From positions 1-29,793 of the IMG/VR virus record IMGVR_UViG_3300032312_000744: DNA of 29,793 nucleotides; one strand, given 5' to 3'. The position numbers and the translations under genes were made by a program. Positions 17,826-25,164 of the stretch are shown in pieces. The notes below the pieces were generated by a model, which was given only the letters and a program-made list of their open reading frames with translations, was not told the origin of the DNA and did not search any database. This DNA is from a virus. Taxonomy: Duplodnaviria; Caudoviricetes. Each line of letters starts with the position of its first letter. The first letter of the stretch is position 1.

Positions 17826-18034
17826 CAATCATCCTCATAATCATCACCGTAATCGCTGGTGATCAACCTCATGTCAGCGATGTCCACGCCGTTTTCTTTT
17901 GCTTTATCCATCGCTTCTTTGAATGTGGTTAAGCAACGGTTGGTGAGATCGGAAACCATGTCGGGATATTGGGCTTCAGTTCCCAATTCCACGGCAAGGC
18001 CACCTAGTCGGATCGAGATTTGTGAATAAGCCAT
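17825..18034 (-). CDS. Acidic hypothetical protein, 69 aa (MAYSQISIRLGG...)
   Basis: AAGGAGG RBS 6 nt before ATG at 18034; CATAAT -10-like hexamer upstream on the minus strand. Confidence 0.75.
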   Translation of the reverse strand: MAYSQISIRLGGLAVELGTEAQYPDMVSDLTNRCLTTFKEAMDKAKENGVDIADMRLITSDYGDDYEDD

Positions 18035-18144
18035 GGGAGACCTCCTTGCCGAAATTATGCCTGTAATGCCGCCTGTAATGAATCCGCCGCGCCCGAACAA
18101 GGGGTCCTTCCAAATCCTGGGGGTTTGTGCCAACCTTAACCCAC

Positions 18145-18163
18145 CAGGGCGAAAGCCCCCAAA
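18145..18163 (+). repeat. 19-bp leader element CAGGGCGAAAGCCCCCAAA, copy 1
   Basis: Identical to 22866-22884; GGGC-GAAA-GCCC hairpin just before a GAAAGG RBS. Confidence 0.85.
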
Positions 18164-18179
18164 CTGAAAGGAAGGCCCC

Positions 18180-18740
18180 ATGGCAGAGAAATACAGCCTT
18201 GAGGATTACGAAACGGTCGAATCGCGTCTGCGCCGACTATATGAAAAGTACCCATCTGCACGATTGCTTACAGACCTGGTCTACCAGGATGAGCGCCGCT
18301 TCATCTGCAAGTCATTCTTGTATCTAGATCCCAAAGACCCAACACCGCACTCCACAGGTTTTGCCGAGGAGATTGTTGGCGCGGGCTTCGTGAATAAAAC
18401 CTCAGCCCTCGAGAACTGCGAAACTTCCAGCATTGGCCGTTGCCTTAGTAACTCGGTCCTGTGCCTTGGCGCACCAGTTGGCAAGCGCCCATCGCAAGAA
18501 GAGATGCAAAAGGTCGAGCGTTACAAAGCCGAACCACGCAAAACGGCGGTCAAGAAACTGTCGTGGACCGATGATCAATTAAAACTGGCCGAAGCAGCCA
18601 TTCAGACGGTTGCGGCAATGAGCGACAAGGATAAGTTGCGCGAGTTGTGGACTGGCAGCGCGGAGATTATTGATGCGCCAATAAACGGAACAACCCTGAA
18701 AGATGTAATAAATGCTCGCGTTGCGGAGTTAAGTGCCTGA
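18180..18740 (+). CDS. Single-strand annealing protein (Rad52/Sak-like)
   Basis: Y.TV..R, TG.AEE and VNKTSALENCETSSIGR motifs; same operon as the exonuclease. Confidence 0.7.
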   Translation: MAEKYSLEDYETVESRLRRLYEKYPSARLLTDLVYQDERRFICKSFLYLDPKDPTPHSTGFAEEIVGAGFVNKTSALENCETSSIGRCLSNSVLCLGAPVGKRPSQEEMQKVERYKAEPRKTAVKKLSWTDDQLKLAEAAIQTVAAMSDKDKLRELWTGSAEIIDAPINGTTLKDVINARVAELSA

Positions 18741-19045
18741 TGGAAAATAAGGTTGTTATTGCACGCAACGCACAACGAACCTCTATCGCAGCCGCGCAAA
18801 AGGTCCTACCCAGGACTGGATCATTACGCCGCAAGGTTTATGAATACATCCTGGGCCAGGGCTTGCGCGGGGCAACCGATCAGGAGATTGAGAAAACCCT
18901 GAGCATTGAAGGTAACACGGTGCGCCCAACCCGCATCAGCCTGGTCAAAGATGGCTACATCTTAGACACGGGAACAACGCGTAAAAACCAACACAACAAT
19001 GACTGCATTGTTTGGAGAGCGGTCGAGGAAGGAATGATGTTATGA
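18740..19045 (+). CDS. Winged-helix DNA-binding protein
   Basis: GATDQEIEKTLSIEGNTVRPTRISLVKDGYI. Confidence 0.7.
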   Translation: MENKVVIARNAQRTSIAAAQKVLPRTGSLRRKVYEYILGQGLRGATDQEIEKTLSIEGNTVRPTRISLVKDGYILDTGTTRKNQHNNDCIVWRAVEEGMML

Positions 19046-19344
19046 GCGACAAAACTAAGAAGTTCCAGCCCAGCGCTGGCTTTGTGGTATCGGTTCACAT
19101 GAACAAGTTAGGGATCAGGGCCGTGGCCGCTGAGTTAGATGGAATGTTTGCTGAAACCTTGGCCGAGGCGATGGATAAGGCTGGGTTCCAGTTGGTTCCC
19201 GATCCATTTAACCTGACAAGCGATGCCAAGAAGGTAATTGAAATGGAAGAGCGGCAAAAGACCGCTGGATTAAAACTGGTACAGGAACCCGTACAAGATG
19301 AGGAGGCGGTTGATGAACCAAGTGGTGACTCCACAGCAGATTGA
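19042..19344 (+). CDS. Hypothetical protein
   Basis: ATGA overlap with the previous stop. Confidence 0.6.
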   Translation: MSDKTKKFQPSAGFVVSVHMNKLGIRAVAAELDGMFAETLAEAMDKAGFQLVPDPFNLTSDAKKVIEMEERQKTAGLKLVQEPVQDEEAVDEPSGDSTAD

Positions 19345-19681
19345 AGCGCGGCTTTACGCTTTATCCAAAGAAGTCGATGAAGGACACGAAGGCTTGGTGC
19401 AAGCCGAACAAGCGTTTCATCAAAAGACCGCTGAGTACGAAGTTGCGATGGCACGCAGCCGCATTTCTTTGGCCAGCAAGTCATCGCCAACTGGAAAGAA
19501 TTACACGGTAGGCGAGCGCGAGGACATGGCAATTATAGAAAATGCAGAGCAACACTTTATGATCGCCACCGTGGAAGCCCAGGTAAAAGCAGCCCGAGCA
19601 AATGTGCAAAGGTTAAAAACCCAGGTAGAAATCGCACGATCCATGAGCGCTTCAGTCAGAAGCAGTATGGATTTAAGTTAA
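19313..19681 (+). CDS. Coiled-coil protein (possibly UvsY-like recombination mediator)
   Basis: RBS GAGGAGG; all-helical; recombination context. The function is a guess. Confidence 0.55.
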   Translation: MNQVVTPQQIEARLYALSKEVDEGHEGLVQAEQAFHQKTAEYEVAMARSRISLASKSSPTGKNYTVGEREDMAIIENAEQHFMIATVEAQVKAARANVQRLKTQVEIARSMSASVRSSMDLS

Positions 19682-19833
19682 TGGCTATTGATCCAAACGA
19701 CTGGAAAATGGCCGAGCGCATTGCTGAAAACAGCAACACTTACAAAACGCCCCAGGAAGTTCTAGCGGCGTTTGAAGAGTTTATGAAGCAAGTTGAATCT
19801 AACGAGGAAGAAGGCGAAAATGAAAAGGATTAG
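19681..19833 (+). CDS. Hypothetical 50-aa acidic protein (MAIDPNDWKMAERIAENS...)
   Basis: TAATG coupling; fills the gap between flanking genes. Confidence 0.6.
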   Translation: MAIDPNDWKMAERIAENSNTYKTPQEVLAAFEEFMKQVESNEEEGENEKD

Positions 19834-20356
19834 TTCAGTTTTGGCGGCGCTGTTAGCGCTTGGGATGATGCCAAGTGCAATTGCGGATGTTTATGTAAAG
19901 GTCGATGCCAATGGTAATGCGATAGGTGGGGCGATAGTTTGTGATGCTTCAACCTGCGGCGAGGGATCATTGTACTCGCAATTAACACTTGGGCCTGGCG
20001 AGCGTTATGTTTTGCAGGGACTGGGCCATGCAGGAATTGGCAATAACAACCCTGGGGTCGGTGTAAAGGTGGAGATCCCAACACAAACTTGGACCGTGAC
20101 AAATAACAACACACCCGATCCAATTGTGACGACTTTCACGCCCTACGAACCGCCACGAATAATCTCCGTTGCGCCTGTTGTGGTTGAAACAGCAACTGCA
20201 ACATCTGACACCGCTACAGTCACAATTAAAACCGAAACGGCAACCGCAAGCGTGGACACTTCAACTGTGACTATCACGGACTTAGATGCCAAGATAAAAG
20301 AACTGCGCACCCTCATCGCCTGGATTGAGGCGTTGTTAGCGAGGTTGTTCAAATGA
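19820..20356 (+). CDS. Predicted secreted protein with Thr-rich linker and amphipathic C-terminal helix
   Basis: Signal peptide MKRISSVLAALLALGMMPSAIA-D; ETATA repeats. Confidence 0.7.
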   Translation: MKRISSVLAALLALGMMPSAIADVYVKVDANGNAIGGAIVCDASTCGEGSLYSQLTLGPGERYVLQGLGHAGIGNNNPGVGVKVEIPTQTWTVTNNNTPDPIVTTFTPYEPPRIISVAPVVVETATATSDTATVTIKTETATASVDTSTVTITDLDAKIKELRTLIAWIEALLARLFK

Positions 20357-21024
20357 TAGATTTACAAGGAATGCTTATTAAATCGCTGGAGGCTTTTGAT
20401 TCCCAACGCGACCGATCGCAACAGGTAGAAGTTGGGCCGTCAGCCATCGGTGGTTGCCGCCGCCAGGTTTATCACATCCTAAAGCAAAGCCCGAAGGTCA
20501 ACTCCGAGACAGAGTCTTTGGCTTCAATCCTGGGAACTTTCATTCACTCAGGTATTGCAGAGGCCATCAAGCGAGAGGACCCATTCGGCGATAACTTCAT
20601 CATTGAGCAGGAGGTAACCTTTGGGAACCTTAAGGGCCATGTTGATTTATTTATTAAGGACCTGGGCATGGTCGTGGACTGGAAAACCACTAAGAAAACA
20701 TCACTTCGTTACTTTCCCAAGTTGCAGCAGCGAATGCAGGTACAGGTTTATGGTTATCTCTTGGCCCAAAACGGCCACGAAGTAAAGAATGTGGCCTTGG
20801 TTGCGATCCCACGCGATGGAATTATGACCGAGATTCGCGCCCATGTAGAACCCTACGATGAAGCCCTGGCGCTTGAAGGTTTGGCCTGGCTGAATGATCT
20901 CAGAGCGCTTGTTGCTTTGAACGGCCCAGCACCTGAACCAACCGAACGCTTGAACTTTTGCGCCGCGTATTGCGACTTCTACGACCCGACTGGAGAGGTG
21001 GGATGCCCGAGTACAAACAGGTAA
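20353..21024 (+). CDS. Cas4/RecB-like PD-(D/E)XK exonuclease
   Basis: GPSAIGGC, GHVD, VDWKT, Q.QVY and three C-terminal Cys. Confidence 0.88.
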   Translation: MIDLQGMLIKSLEAFDSQRDRSQQVEVGPSAIGGCRRQVYHILKQSPKVNSETESLASILGTFIHSGIAEAIKREDPFGDNFIIEQEVTFGNLKGHVDLFIKDLGMVVDWKTTKKTSLRYFPKLQQRMQVQVYGYLLAQNGHEVKNVALVAIPRDGIMTEIRAHVEPYDEALALEGLAWLNDLRALVALNGPAPEPTERLNFCAAYCDFYDPTGEVGCPSTNR

Positions 21025-21416
21025 ATTGGGAGGATGCAGAATGTCGTGGCACTTATACCGAGTTGTTTTATCGGGTGGAGGAGGAGAGAAACCAATCCGC
21101 CTACAAATACATCAACGCGGTTCGCACGATTTGCGGCCGTTGCCCGATCCAACGAGAATGCTTGGCCTACGCTTTTGGCAACGAGGACTTTGGGGTGTGG
21201 GGCGGCTTGACCAGCCTAGAAAGGCGATCAGTGGGCGACCCTGAAAAATATCCGATCCAGTTAAACCGAGCGCTGAAGGCGCTGCAATTGTTCGGCATTA
21301 GTTACAAAGAAGTGAGGGAGACTTATGAGCATTCGATTAATGTCGGAATGTTGGCGGACCGATTTGCCAACCGTAGAAAAGATGGTGCTGCTGGTGATAG
21401 CGGATCATGCCTCTGA
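21003..21416 (+). CDS. whiB: WhiB-family transcription factor
   Basis: Four Cys (C...CxxC-x5-C) and GVWGGLT..ERR. Confidence 0.9.
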   Translation: MPEYKQVNWEDAECRGTYTELFYRVEEERNQSAYKYINAVRTICGRCPIQRECLAYAFGNEDFGVWGGLTSLERRSVGDPEKYPIQLNRALKALQLFGISYKEVRETYEHSINVGMLADRFANRRKDGAAGDSGSCL

Positions 21417-22131
21417 TGATGGAACCGAGGCCTGGCCTTCCCAGGCAACAATTGCGGCCAAGGCAAGCATCTCGATAAGGACCGTTCAGAGGGCCGTAAA
21501 CAGCCTCGTGGCGGCTGGTTATCTTTGGATGGAGAAAGGTGCTGGGGGCAGCGTTAATTGCCGCGAGGATCGCAGACCGCACCGATACACGATTAATATT
21601 AAAAGATTACGAGGCGACATAGAGTCTACCCGCGAGGAGCGGGGCGACATTGAAGCCGACAACGGGGCGACTTTGGCGACACCTACGGGGCGACTTTCAC
21701 GCCCCATGAACCACCCTAATAAACCATCCAATGAAACACCCGAGTTTGATTTATTTTGGAAGAGTTACCCAATCAAGGTGGGCAAAGCGGCTGCGCAAAA
21801 AGCGTGGGTGAAGGCGATCAAGATTGAGTCGGCCGATGTAATTATTGCTGGCGCTGTTCGTTACGCAGAGGACCCAAACCGTCACCCATCTTTTACGGCT
21901 CACGCTGCCACCTGGCTCAACGCCCATCGCTGGAACGACTCACCTTTGCCGCCTCGGGTTTTAACACCCGAGGAACGGCGCGAGAAAGAGTTGGTTGAGT
22001 CCAGGGCTAAGTCAGAAAAAGAACGGTTGGAAACTTTGCGTTGGCAGGAAGAGATCAAGGAACAGGCAGCCTTGGCGGTTCCAGTTCCTGAAAACTTGCG
22101 GGAAATACTTATGAAATCTTTACGGAAATAA
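21325..22131 (+). CDS. Replication initiator (N-terminal wHTH)
   Basis: LLVIADHA...AWPSQATIA.KASIS.RTVQRA; C-domain FDLFWKSYP.KVGK...HAATWLN..RW.D; internal iterons. Confidence 0.85.
   Translation: MSIRLMSECWRTDLPTVEKMVLLVIADHASDDGTEAWPSQATIAAKASISIRTVQRAVNSLVAAGYLWMEKGAGGSVNCREDRRPHRYTINIKRLRGDIESTREERGDIEADNGATLATPTGRLSRPMNHPNKPSNETPEFDLFWKSYPIKVGKAAAQKAWVKAIKIESADVIIAGAVRYAEDPNRHPSFTAHAATWLNAHRWNDSPLPPRVLTPEERREKELVESRAKSEKERLETLRWQEEIKEQAALAVPVPENLREILMKSLRK
21610..21705. repeat. Iteron-like repeats (putative replication origin) inside the initiator gene
   Basis: GGCGAC at 21613, 21643, 21666, 21675 and 21689; CGGGGCGAC at 23-bp spacing (21640, 21663, 21686). Confidence 0.7.
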
Positions 22132-22142
22132 CCTCTGAAAAG

Positions 22143-22189
22143 ATGACAGAACTCTCTTGTAACCCTTACAATTCTCGTAACCATTACAA
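22143..22189 (+). promoter_or_regulatory. Sigma-A-type promoter overlapped by two palindromic operator-like sites
   Basis: ATGACA-18 nt-TACAAT; TTGTAA-CCC-TTACAA (22157-22171) and TCGTAA-CCA-TTACAA (22175-22189). Confidence 0.6.
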
Positions 22190-22202
22190 CTTGGAGGTTG
22201 AA

Positions 22203-22391
22203 ATGAGTACACGAGTCGTTATGCCAACCCTGGTGCAGAGCGGTGACACAATTATCATCGGCGATCATCGTTGGTTGGTGAAGTCTTTATCTGAACCCGA
22301 CTACGCAGGTTTCATTGATGCTGCGATGGTAGACGCGCAAGGCCAACAGAAATGGTCATGTCTCTACGATGCGGTTACAATCGAGGTGTGA
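22203..22391 (+). CDS. Small beta-barrel-like hypothetical protein
   Basis: RBS GGAGG before ATG 22203. Confidence 0.65.
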   Translation: MSTRVVMPTLVQSGDTIIIGDHRWLVKSLSEPDYAGFIDAAMVDAQGQQKWSCLYDAVTIEV

Positions 22392-22759
22392 TCAGTTTCA
22401 GAGTAGATGGGCTTCCTGTTCCGCAAGGTTCGATGAGAGTTTTCAACGGCCATGTAGTTCATAACAAGGGAGCAGAGTTAGCGGTGTGGCGATCGGCAGT
22501 TGCGATTGAAGCACGCCGCGCTGGATGCACCCCTGAACCTGGTGCAGTTAAATTAGATTTACTTTTCTCAATGCCAAAACCAAAAACAGTAAAACGATTA
22601 TCACCAACGGTTGCACCTGATCTTGATAAATTAATCCGCGCCGTTCTTGATTCGATGACTGCCATCGCTTATTTGGATGACGGCCAGGTAACGGAAATCA
22701 ACGCCATGAAGGTCTACGGAACCGCGCCATTCCTGGAAGTTGGGCTTTGGCGGTCCTAA
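22388..22759 (+). CDS. rusA: RusA-like Holliday junction resolvase
   Basis: PVPQGS, PDLDKLIRAVLDSMT and DDGQV motifs; GTG start. Confidence 0.9.
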   Translation: MISFRVDGLPVPQGSMRVFNGHVVHNKGAELAVWRSAVAIEARRAGCTPEPGAVKLDLLFSMPKPKTVKRLSPTVAPDLDKLIRAVLDSMTAIAYLDDGQVTEINAMKVYGTAPFLEVGLWRS

Positions 22760-22865
22760 TTGTCCGATTGTGGATAAAACTCACAGGATAACACGCGTAA
22801 AAATAGTCAAAATAAGTGCCACATAAACTGGAGATTTCTTTAGAAACCTCTAATGTATGTCTCAA
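22760..22865 (+). promoter_or_regulatory. AT-rich control region with DnaA box and putative early promoter
   Basis: TGTGGATAA (22769-22777); palindrome GAGATTTCTTTAGAAACCTC (22831-22850) directly before TAATGT. Confidence 0.5.
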
Positions 22866-22884
22866 CAGGGCGAAAGCCCCCAAA
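22866..22884 (+). repeat. 19-bp leader element CAGGGCGAAAGCCCCCAAA, copy 2
   Basis: Identical to 18145-18163. Confidence 0.85.
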
Positions 22885-22900
22885 GACGAAAGGCACAGAA

Positions 22901-23173
22901 ATGACACAGGTAACACTTAGCCGCAAAGCAAAGTGGAATTCATCGCTTCGCTCCGAAGGTGATTTTAATGTCACTCGCTACGCAATAGTTAACAATCGCT
23001 ACTTCAAAGTTTCAGGTTCAACTTATGTTTGGACCGTTGAAGAGGTTGATCACGAAGGCGAGCGCCTCTGCACAGAGATCGGTCACCTCGAGTGGGATTT
23101 CTACGGATACATCGGTAACGCAAGAGATCTACAAACAGCACGCAAGATGATCGCAGAGAGGGCGGCAAACTAA
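22901..23173 (+). CDS. Hypothetical protein
   Basis: RBS GAAAGG before ATG 22901. Confidence 0.7.
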   Translation: MTQVTLSRKAKWNSSLRSEGDFNVTRYAIVNNRYFKVSGSTYVWTVEEVDHEGERLCTEIGHLEWDFYGYIGNARDLQTARKMIAERAAN

Positions 23174-23400
23174 TGTCAACAACACAAACAGCGGGTCGCT
23201 TCATTTGCGCGATGCACGGAACAAGAGTGTGGCAAATGCCAAACGGTCTTTACAGAACGGATCATGATTACTACGAGTACGACTCTGCTTTGGATGCGTT
23301 GAAAGCACACACCGCAATTCAAGAGTCAATCAAATTAGAAAAGAAGGCGACTGAGTATCGCGTTCTTGCCAAGAGCCTGATTTCAGAAAAGAGCCGATAA
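23173..23400 (+). CDS. Hypothetical protein
   Basis: TAATG coupling. Confidence 0.65.
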   Translation: MSTTQTAGRFICAMHGTRVWQMPNGLYRTDHDYYEYDSALDALKAHTAIQESIKLEKKATEYRVLAKSLISEKSR

Positions 23401-23499
23401 ATGAGATGCCCTAAATGCGGGACCGAACCGCACACACCAATTCAAATTAAACGCGCTGGAATGTGTCGTTGGTGCGAGAAGCAACAGGAGGCCAAATGA
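23401..23499 (+). CDS. 32-aa Zn-finger micro-protein (MRCPKCG...MCRWCEK)
   Basis: Two CxxC pairs; abuts both neighbours. Confidence 0.6.
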   Translation: MRCPKCGTEPHTPIQIKRAGMCRWCEKQQEAK

Positions 23500-23702
23500 A
23501 AAGATGCTGCGACCTTGTTTACTGGAAGCACAAGGATGGTTGGGATGTTTACCACCGATCAGAATGCCAGCCGATCAACGGAACCTGGGTCCCCGATTGG
23601 TTCGACAACTTTGTGATCGAGGATGCGCCAACCAAAGCGGCGGCCAAGGCGGAGATCGCCAGCCGACACATCCTGGGACTGTGCCTGGTGAGCGCATGTT
23701 AA
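23496..23702 (+). CDS. Hypothetical protein
   Basis: RBS AGGAGG; ATGA overlap. Confidence 0.65.
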   Translation: MKRCCDLVYWKHKDGWDVYHRSECQPINGTWVPDWFDNFVIEDAPTKAAAKAEIASRHILGLCLVSAC

Positions 23703-23812
23703 AAAGAAAGAAAACCGAGGTCATAATTGTGACCTGTCACGGTTGTGCGCGTGAGTACCTGATTGGAAAGAAAGAAATACGAGTAACTAACTACTGCGGA
23801 GGCTGCAAATGA
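23696..23812 (+). CDS. 38-aa Zn-finger micro-protein (CHGC...CGGC)
   Basis: Two CxxC pairs; overlaps both neighbours. Confidence 0.55.
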   Translation: MLKRKKTEVIIVTCHGCAREYLIGKKEIRVTNYCGGCK

Positions 23813-23946
23813 ATGAATGTCCTATGTGCGGGCGCACAACCAAAACCCTGGTGGGTCGTTGGTATCAATACGACAACGGAGAGCAATTCTTAACCTGGGT
23901 TTGCATTCCTTGCGCTGATTTACACGCAAGCCTGGTAAATAAATGA
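23809..23946 (+). CDS. 45-aa Zn-finger micro-protein (MNECPMCG...CIPC)
   Basis: RBS GGAGG; ATGA overlaps at both ends. Confidence 0.65.
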   Translation: MNECPMCGRTTKTLVGRWYQYDNGEQFLTWVCIPCADLHASLVNK

Positions 23947-24221
23947 GCGAGATAAAACTGCACATGATCGAGGAGGACTTCGAGCAAATGGTCCACACCT
24001 CGATGCCCTGGGGCGGCCATTGGATTGAGCAGATTAATCGCTTTGAACCTGCCCCGATGCTTCACTGGCGCTACGCCTACTGGGTCGACAACTTCATGGC
24101 GGTCCTTCTTTGCCGCGCATATTTGACCACCCAAAACTGCGAAACGCAGACGGTTTGGGATCGGGCATTTAATTGCCACCTGATTCTCACAAACTATGAA
24201 ACACAAACCTGGAGGTCCTGA
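23943..24221 (+). CDS. Hypothetical Trp-rich protein
   Basis: Coupled ORF, 92 aa. Confidence 0.65.
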   Translation: MSEIKLHMIEEDFEQMVHTSMPWGGHWIEQINRFEPAPMLHWRYAYWVDNFMAVLLCRAYLTTQNCETQTVWDRAFNCHLILTNYETQTWRS

Positions 24222-24424
24222 TGCATAAGTTCAAAGTCGAGATGGAGATCAACTATGAGGGCGAAATTGGGGTGGAGCGCCCTGAGCGCCCGCTCAGTAA
24301 ATCTCACAAAAATGCACTAATGCGCGAGGCGGTGTGGCTACAAGTGGCCGATGCCATGGCAATCTATGGGTTACAAGCGGCCGTCAAATCGGTGGTCGTT
24401 GCGAGGGCAAAGGATGAATTATGA
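24221..24424 (+). CDS. Hypothetical protein
   Basis: RBS GGAGG; TGATG coupling. Confidence 0.65.
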   Translation: MHKFKVEMEINYEGEIGVERPERPLSKSHKNALMREAVWLQVADAMAIYGLQAAVKSVVVARAKDEL

Positions 24425-24603
24425 ATAACGCACCAGTTTATCGCCGCCGCAGGTTTGTGGCGTTTGTAGTAATTCCAGCGGTTGTGCTGGGCTTGTTAAT
24501 TAGTTACGCAACACGCGATCTTTGTTATGTGGGGGCCGAACACGGCAACGCAATGGGCTACGGCTCTTGCAGCGCCATGATTGATCGGGTGGTGGGCAAA
24601 TGA
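24421..24603 (+). CDS. Small single-TM membrane protein
   Basis: YRRRR followed by a hydrophobic helix; two external Cys. Confidence 0.65.
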   Translation: MNNAPVYRRRRFVAFVVIPAVVLGLLISYATRDLCYVGAEHGNAMGYGSCSAMIDRVVGK

Positions 24604-24827
24604 GTCCAGGCTTTAGCATGATGGGGTCGGGCATTTATTCGGAGGAGGTGGACCGAGAAATTGTATGCGCCGAGCGCTGCGAGTCTTGTTCGGATGAAGG
24701 CAAAACCTGCGATGCGGTGTGGGAGGAGACTCTTTCAACAGATGACTGGGGCAATATCGACAACGATGTGAAGTGCGAAAAGTGCGAACACACAATTAAT
24801 TACAAAGAGGAGAGGCATTATGACTGA
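24600..24827 (+). CDS. Acidic Cys-rich (Zn-binding) hypothetical protein
   Basis: CAERCESC...C...CEKCEH. Confidence 0.65.
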   Translation: MSPGFSMMGSGIYSEEVDREIVCAERCESCSDEGKTCDAVWEETLSTDDWGNIDNDVKCEKCEHTINYKEERHYD

Positions 24828-25041
24828 AATCTACGAATACATGATCCAGGTGGTTGAGGATGGGGCTGTAACTTGGAGCCGCCGCTTCGACAACGCCGTT
24901 GACGCAGTTCATACTTACGATCGCTTCACGGACTTTGGCTTTGCCAAGTGGCAGCGTGAGATAGTCCTGGTTGAGCCAAATGGAAGAGGACACGCGAAGG
25001 TGTTTGAAGGACCCCTTTCCAAGGCGCTCAAGGTAAAATAA
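24820..25041 (+). CDS. Hypothetical protein
   Basis: RBS GAGGAGAGG. Confidence 0.65.
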   Translation: MTEIYEYMIQVVEDGAVTWSRRFDNAVDAVHTYDRFTDFGFAKWQREIVLVEPNGRGHAKVFEGPLSKALKVK

Positions 25042-25074
25042 ACCGCTCCATTCCCGAACCGAGAGGAACTGAAA

Positions 25075-25164
25075 ATGGATGAAATGATCAATCGCTGCGC
25101 GTATGGTGCGTGGCACTATGGTGAAAAACTGTGCGAAGTCTGCCGAAAGGGGCGGATCGAGTAA
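25075..25164 (+). CDS. 29-aa Zn-finger-like mini-ORF (MDEMINRCAYGAWHYGEKLCEVCRKGRIE)
   Basis: RBS GAGAGGA; C-x5-H-x5-CxxC; same frame as the downstream transglycosylase. Confidence 0.55.
   Translation: MDEMINRCAYGAWHYGEKLCEVCRKGRIE

Noticed and set aside
18035-18181. N-terminal extension of the minus-strand ORF 17825..18181
   Set aside because: It crosses the divergent promoter region; the strong RBS points to ATG 18034.
20353-21024. CRISPR-Cas system from the Cas4-like gene
   Set aside because: Solo Cas4-like nuclease in a recombination operon; no array or other cas genes.
25146-25152. A AAG GGG slippery site as the route into the transglycosylase
   Set aside because: A -1 shift from the mini-ORF frame hits TAA at 25170-25172, and the transglycosylase is in the same frame as the mini-ORF anyway.
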